From Candidatus Saccharimonadales bacterium (GTDB lineage: Bacteria > Patescibacteriota > Saccharimonadia > Saccharimonadales > UBA10212), in NCBI GenBank assembly GCA_035717985.1, contig DASTHW010000005.1, positions 28,989-92,988 on the forward strand: a stretch of 64,000 nucleotides of DNA. The letters run 5' to 3'. Below, piece by piece: positions 59,863 through 64,000 of this stretch. The translations under genes and the position numbers were made by a program. A model generated the notes under the pieces. The model saw only the letters and a list, made by a program, of their open reading frames with translations, made no database searches and was not told the origin of the DNA. The stretch's first letter is position 1. Each line of letters begins with the position of its first letter.

Positions 59863-60612
59863 ATGACCGCTCAAGCTAAACTGCATGTCGAAACTTTTAG
59901 GGTTTATAGCGACGATGTCTTAGCAGAGCCCACTGTTCGCCGCGGCGCCGCGGTTGTCAGCTTTTGGAATAACGGTATGCCAGCCAGGTTTTTAGACTTT
60001 CTAATGGATCCCGACCAAACGGACGCGGCCTCTACCTATAAAGGAAATTTGGCTTACCAACTAGATGAAGCTGATCCGCCCGAAGTGTCAGACGGCAGAG
60101 TTTACGAAATGGGTTTAGAGGCGGGTTATTTTGGCGGCAATCGTTCAACATCTTACTTTTTTCCAAACAAAGTCTACTCGGTAGAAGGCCGGCAAATGGG
60201 CCAGTTTGCCTTGGCTTGCCTCAAGAACGACTCCGTACAGTCATCGGCCGGCCGCCGGGCGGCCAATATAGTACGCCTAGGTACAGCTAGCGAAGTCCAG
60301 ACCTTGGCTAGCCCGTTCAGGGGATCCTCACTGCTTTTTATGCATGAACATAGTCCGGTAGTAATTGCTGACGGTGGTGAAGGCAAGGCTTTTGCGGACA
60401 CTAAATACCAGCTAATTTATGACAGACGCGCGGGACTCCGTGTCGAGCCGTATGAGGGTTGGCCAGGGGATGATTTTGGCGGGTCAGACCGCGAGCCGCG
60501 CCAGCCAATCAATCCTCAAACTTCTGGAGCTATAGAGGTAGAACTATCTGAGGAGGCGGAATTTCGGGCCTATCCGGCGCCAACTATTGAAACCGAGCCC
60601 AGCAGACTATGA
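59863..60612 (+). CDS. hypothetical protein (249 aa) between recA and recX
   Basis: The ATG immediately follows the recA TAG. ATGA overlap with the next ORF. No family recognised. Confidence 0.55.
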   Translation: MTAQAKLHVETFRVYSDDVLAEPTVRRGAAVVSFWNNGMPARFLDFLMDPDQTDAASTYKGNLAYQLDEADPPEVSDGRVYEMGLEAGYFGGNRSTSYFFPNKVYSVEGRQMGQFALACLKNDSVQSSAGRRAANIVRLGTASEVQTLASPFRGSSLLFMHEHSPVVIADGGEGKAFADTKYQLIYDRRAGLRVEPYEGWPGDDFGGSDREPRQPINPQTSGAIEVELSEEAEFRAYPAPTIETEPSRL

Positions 60613-61076
60613 CCGGCTTCAATCATGGAATGACAGGGGCGGTGATTGCCTTATTTGTTAAACAGCCGGCCTTAGCCGTGCCGCTGGCACTAGCCAGCCA
60701 TTTTGTTACCGACATCATTCCGCACTGGGACTACGGTGTGTCACGCGGTAAAGGTAAGCCCGAACACTTTGATAAACAGTTTAATCTAGTTTTAACCAGT
60801 GACTTTCTGTTTTCGGTTTTGCTAATGGTCGTTTTGGCTCTACTTTTTCCCAGCCAGAAGTGGCTAATTTGGGCCTGCATGATAGCCAGCGCCTGCCCGG
60901 ACCTGATGTGGGCCTATTACCAGCTATATAAGTCCAAAATTAAGGGTCAAAAACCGAAATTTGACCCGCTGGCCCGCTTTCATTTGTTCATACAGTGGTC
61001 CCAGACTAAGGCCGGCGGCCTGGTAGAGCTGGCTTGGTTTATCAGCGCCTGGGCGGTGGTACTAGTAAAAAGATAG
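60609..61076 (+). CDS. membrane protein, possibly YdjM/DUF457-like metal-dependent hydrolase
   Basis: MTGFNHGMTGAVIAL...HFVTDIIPHWDY His/Asp-rich TM ends. The resemblance is weak. Confidence 0.4.
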   Translation: MTGFNHGMTGAVIALFVKQPALAVPLALASHFVTDIIPHWDYGVSRGKGKPEHFDKQFNLVLTSDFLFSVLLMVVLALLFPSQKWLIWACMIASACPDLMWAYYQLYKSKIKGQKPKFDPLARFHLFIQWSQTKAGGLVELAWFISAWAVVLVKR

Positions 61077-61083
61077 AAGTGTA

Positions 61084-61695
61084 ATGAGAATTACCTCTAT
61101 TACTCGGCAGGTTAAAAATCCGGAGCGGGTCAATATTTTCTTAGCCGGCAAATACAGCTTTTCGCTGAGTCTTGATGAGCTAATCCGCGAGCGGCTAAAA
61201 AAGGACCAAGAACTAACTGAAGCTGAATTAAAAAAGCTAAAGAAAATTTCAGCTGACGGCAAACTGCGCTCGCGCAGTTTGGAGTGGCTCCTGGGCCGGC
61301 CGCACTCGACCCGGGAATTTAAAGACTATCTTCGTAAAAAGCAAGTGGAGGCTGAGTTAACGGAGTCTTTAATTGACGAATTTACGACTAAAGGCTATTT
61401 AGACGACGAGAAATTTGCACAGTGGTTTACCGACCTGCGCCAGCGGAAATATAAAAGCCGCCGGGCCATAAAAGCTGAGCTGGCCGGCAAGGGCATAAGC
61501 GGGGAGCTGGCAGAGCAAGTGCTAAGCCAAAGTAATGCCAACGAAGAAGAGGCCATTAAAGAAATTATCGCCAAAAAATCTAAATCATCGCGGTATAGAG
61601 ATGACTCTTTAAGGTTGATGAAATACTTAACAAGTCAAGGATTTAACTATAGCCTGGTTAAAAAGTGTTTAGCCGAGCACAAAACCGAAGATTAA
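61084..61695 (+). CDS. recX: RecA regulator RecX
   Basis: ITSITRQVKNPERVNIFLAGKYSFSL... plus repeated helical modules (YLDDEKFAQWF...). Lies downstream of recA. Confidence 0.75.
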   Translation: MRITSITRQVKNPERVNIFLAGKYSFSLSLDELIRERLKKDQELTEAELKKLKKISADGKLRSRSLEWLLGRPHSTREFKDYLRKKQVEAELTESLIDEFTTKGYLDDEKFAQWFTDLRQRKYKSRRAIKAELAGKGISGELAEQVLSQSNANEEEAIKEIIAKKSKSSRYRDDSLRLMKYLTSQGFNYSLVKKCLAEHKTED

Positions 61696-62315
61696 GCCGC
61701 CGGGACCGCGATCCGGCTGGTCTCGCCGGCCTTTATATCGGTGTCCTTTACTAAAATCCAGTTATTGGTGACTTCGATAATCTGCGAGCGGTCTATTATT
61801 AAGGTGTCATCGGCCGCAAAAACCTTGGTAATCGGCCTCTCAACATAAAGCTTTCGCACTAGCATATCTTCGGTATAACTATAGTCATTAACTTTGCCTA
61901 ACTTATGCCGCTTAGTTTTAACCGTCTTGCCAATGAGCTCAAAATTGATATCTAAAATATCCTTATGGCGGACTAGCTCAGCGGGATCACTCAGATCCTC
62001 CTCATCATTGATTGCCAGCTCGCTAGCCGAGCGGTCTCTAACATCACTAGCCAGCAGGACTAAATTACTAGGACTCATCGGGCTTTGGCACCACCAGCCT
62101 AAAATCCTTAGATTATGCGGATTAATAATCGGCTCGGCGGCGATAGCTACTGTCCCGTTAGTTCGTAAACTGAGCACTTTTAGATTCATTAAGCTAGCGC
62201 TTAGTTTTAGCATAGCCCCAGTATAGCTCATCTCTACCCTGCCTGGCTGTAAGCAGTTCTTAGTCAATCGTCCAGGTGTGCTCTTAGCATAAGCAATTGC
62301 CTTATTACGCCACAT
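61692..62315 (-). CDS. hypothetical protein, possibly PRC-barrel-like
   Basis: ORF only; the true start may be internal (MLKLSASLMNLKV...). Convergent 4-nt overlap with recX. Confidence 0.4.
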   Translation of the reverse strand: MWRNKAIAYAKSTPGRLTKNCLQPGRVEMSYTGAMLKLSASLMNLKVLSLRTNGTVAIAAEPIINPHNLRILGWWCQSPMSPSNLVLLASDVRDRSASELAINDEEDLSDPAELVRHKDILDINFELIGKTVKTKRHKLGKVNDYSYTEDMLVRKLYVERPITKVFAADDTLIIDRSQIIEVTNNWILVKDTDIKAGETSRIAVPAA

Positions 62316-62332
62316 GTTTATAATCTAGGCAA

Positions 62333-63661
62333 ATGAAAAGCTCCAGATTAATTCTAGGGGTGCTGATAGCCCTGGCCTGCCTGCTTAGCCTGCCGGCTAA
62401 AACTATGGCCGCCGGGCCCGAGCTTTATATCCGTGAAGTTAATATAACCGGCAATGAATTTTTGGTTCTACAAGCCGCCAGCGACATTGCTGATGTAAGT
62501 CAGTATTGGCTGGGCTATGTAAATAGCGACAATAGCCTGGCCGCGCCCTCGCAAGAGTTACCGGCTATTAGCTTGCTCGGAGGCCAAACACTTCTCTTAA
62601 GCAGTAGTCCCAGCGCTGTCTGTGACGCTAGCTTTATAGACCAACTAGGCTTTAGTGGATTTAACAATACTAAAGGCTCGCTAGCCTTGTGGCGGCAGGC
62701 CGGCGATAGTTTTAATCAAATTGAAGGCGTAAGCTGGGGGCCGGCCGCGGATAGCCCGGATATCATAATTGCCACTGAAAATTACCTTTCACCAAGCCCG
62801 GCTACGCCAGTCTGGTATAACGACGGTAGCGAAGCTTGGATAGTTGGCGATTTGCAAAACTGTGCGCTTACTAATGCTATCGATCAAACTTCCAATCACG
62901 CGTCTCAGGCAGACGTAAGCTGGACAACCGGAGCCGTGCCGCCGGCTATTATCGTCAGTCTAGCCAGCGGTGGGTCAAGCGCCGCCCTGCCGGCCACTGA
63001 CATTGGCCTGACCGGGCCGGAGATTACCGAGCTTTTGCCTAACCCGGCCAGCCCCGGTAGTGACGCCAGCGATGAATTTATCGAGCTTTATAATCCAAAT
63101 AATTCTAGCTTTGACCTCGGCGGCTTTAGCCTAGAAATCGGTCTAACCACCAAGCATGACTACACTTTTCCGGCCGGTACTAGCTTGCCTAGCCAAAGCT
63201 GGAAAGCTTTTTATTCCGCTGATACTCATTTGAGTTTATCGAATAGCGGCGGCCAAGTTTGGCTAATCGACCCTAGCGGCAAAATTGTTAGCCAGGCAGA
63301 TGCCTATTCTAAAGCCAAAGACGACCTAGCTTGGGCGCTAGCCGGGGATAGCTGGTATTGGACTAGCACGCCGACACCAGGCGCAGTAAATCTAATAAAT
63401 GGTGTGCCGGCGGCCCAGGCGGCCTCTAAAACTAAGACTACGCCGCTAGTTAGCGCTACCAGTACCTCTGCCAGCGCCGGCACATCTGCTAGCGCCAGTT
63501 CGCCGCCGGCCCAGCCAGCCGGTTCAGTTCACCCGGCAGTGCTTGCTCTGGTGGGCGCGGCCGCGCTACTATACGCTGGCTATGAGTACCGCACTGATAT
63601 GGCAAACCGTATCGACCAACTCCGCCGATACATTGAATCTCGGAAAACAGCTGGGCGCTAA
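62333..63661 (+). CDS. secreted lamin-tail-domain (LTD) protein with C-terminal TM anchor
   Basis: Signal peptide. ITELLPNPASPGSDASDEFIELYNPNNSSFDLGGFSL is a typical LTD core, and ELYIREVNITGNEFLVL is a second degenerate copy. S/A/T-rich linker and a C-terminal TM segment. Confidence 0.7.
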   Translation: MKSSRLILGVLIALACLLSLPAKTMAAGPELYIREVNITGNEFLVLQAASDIADVSQYWLGYVNSDNSLAAPSQELPAISLLGGQTLLLSSSPSAVCDASFIDQLGFSGFNNTKGSLALWRQAGDSFNQIEGVSWGPAADSPDIIIATENYLSPSPATPVWYNDGSEAWIVGDLQNCALTNAIDQTSNHASQADVSWTTGAVPPAIIVSLASGGSSAALPATDIGLTGPEITELLPNPASPGSDASDEFIELYNPNNSSFDLGGFSLEIGLTTKHDYTFPAGTSLPSQSWKAFYSADTHLSLSNSGGQVWLIDPSGKIVSQADAYSKAKDDLAWALAGDSWYWTSTPTPGAVNLINGVPAAQAASKTKTTPLVSATSTSASAGTSASASSPPAQPAGSVHPAVLALVGAAALLYAGYEYRTDMANRIDQLRRYIESRKTAGR

Positions 63662-64000
63662 ATTACCGGGCGGCCAAGTTATCGAGCTGGTCGCCGACCT
63701 AGGCGGCGGCAAAACTACCTTTACCCAAGGTCTAGCCCAGGGATTGGGTAGTCTAGACCAAGTCTCCAGCCCGACTTTTACTATTAATAAAATCTATTCA
63801 GCTAGCGGCGGGCGGCAGATCCATCACTTTGACTTTTATCGTTTAAGCGAGCCTGGCATTATCGCTGATCAATTGCAGGAGTCGCTGGCTGACCCGAAGG
63901 TTATAACAGTGGTGGAGTGGAGCGACGTAGTTAAAGACGTTTTGCCGCCGAACCGGCTGACTATTAAATTTGAGCTTACGTCGGGTGACCCCGACGAGCG
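63582..64000 (+). CDS. tsaE: tRNA t6A biosynthesis ATPase TsaE (3' end beyond window)
   Basis: Hand translation gives MSTALIWQTVSTNSADTLNLGKQLGAKLPGGQVIELVADLGGGKTTFTQGLAQGLG...SPTFTI. Not in the track (no in-window stop). The start is uncertain and overlaps the LTD gene by up to 80 nt. Confidence 0.75.
   Translation, partial: MSTALIWQTVSTNSADTLNLGKQLGAKLPGGQVIELVADLGGGKTTFTQGLAQGLGSLDQVSSPTFTINKIYSASGGRQIHHFDFYRLSEPGIIADQLQESLADPKVITVVEWSDVVKDVLPPNRLTIKFELTSGDPDE

Overview
This is a densely coded 64-kb chromosomal window of roughly 50% G+C by eye. I call about 80 CDS and 4 tRNAs. I saw no rRNA, CRISPR array, transposase or integrase.

Recognisable content:
- ABC exporter
- Cell-wall genes murC, murJ and ddl
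- lepA
- gmk-like and cmk-like kinases
- A CIRCE-controlled hrcA-grpE-dnaK-dnaJ operon
- A GATase / DUF1704 / RimK cluster
- comEC
- yebC-ruvC-ruvA, with ruvB elsewhere
- dus
- Three CAU-anticodon tRNAs plus tRNA-Lys
- gdh
- tilS-ftsH
- A secretin-less type IV pilus cluster (pilB-pilC-pilA, minor pilins, pilM-pilN-pilO)
- recA...recX
- A lamin-tail-domain surface protein
- tsaE

TGA acts as a stop in many ATGA overlaps, so the standard code applies. The gene content and the many short lineage-specific ORFs suggest a small-genome Patescibacteria/CPR organism, Saccharibacteria-like. That lineage call is inference only.

Main items worth a second look:
1. A five-gene, translationally coupled cluster pairs two RimK-type ATP-grasp ligases with two MATCAP/DUF1704-like HExxxH carboxypeptidases and a class-I amidotransferase. 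It may be a reversible C-terminal tailing system.
2. The heat-shock operon is expanded to 14 coupled genes by nine unknown small ORFs plus cutA. Some of these ORFs are paralogous.
3. Two short segments of about 65-70% G+C each carry one ORF. One lies between tRNA-Lys and comEC.
4. Paralogous three-hairpin leaders of about 80 nt sit in front of the divergent tRNA-fMet and tRNA-Met genes and show compensatory changes.
5. A 320-bp hairpin-dense intergenic region lies between convergent operons.
6. Two unknown genes are inserted between recA and recX.

All functional calls rest on motifs read by eye. No database search was run.
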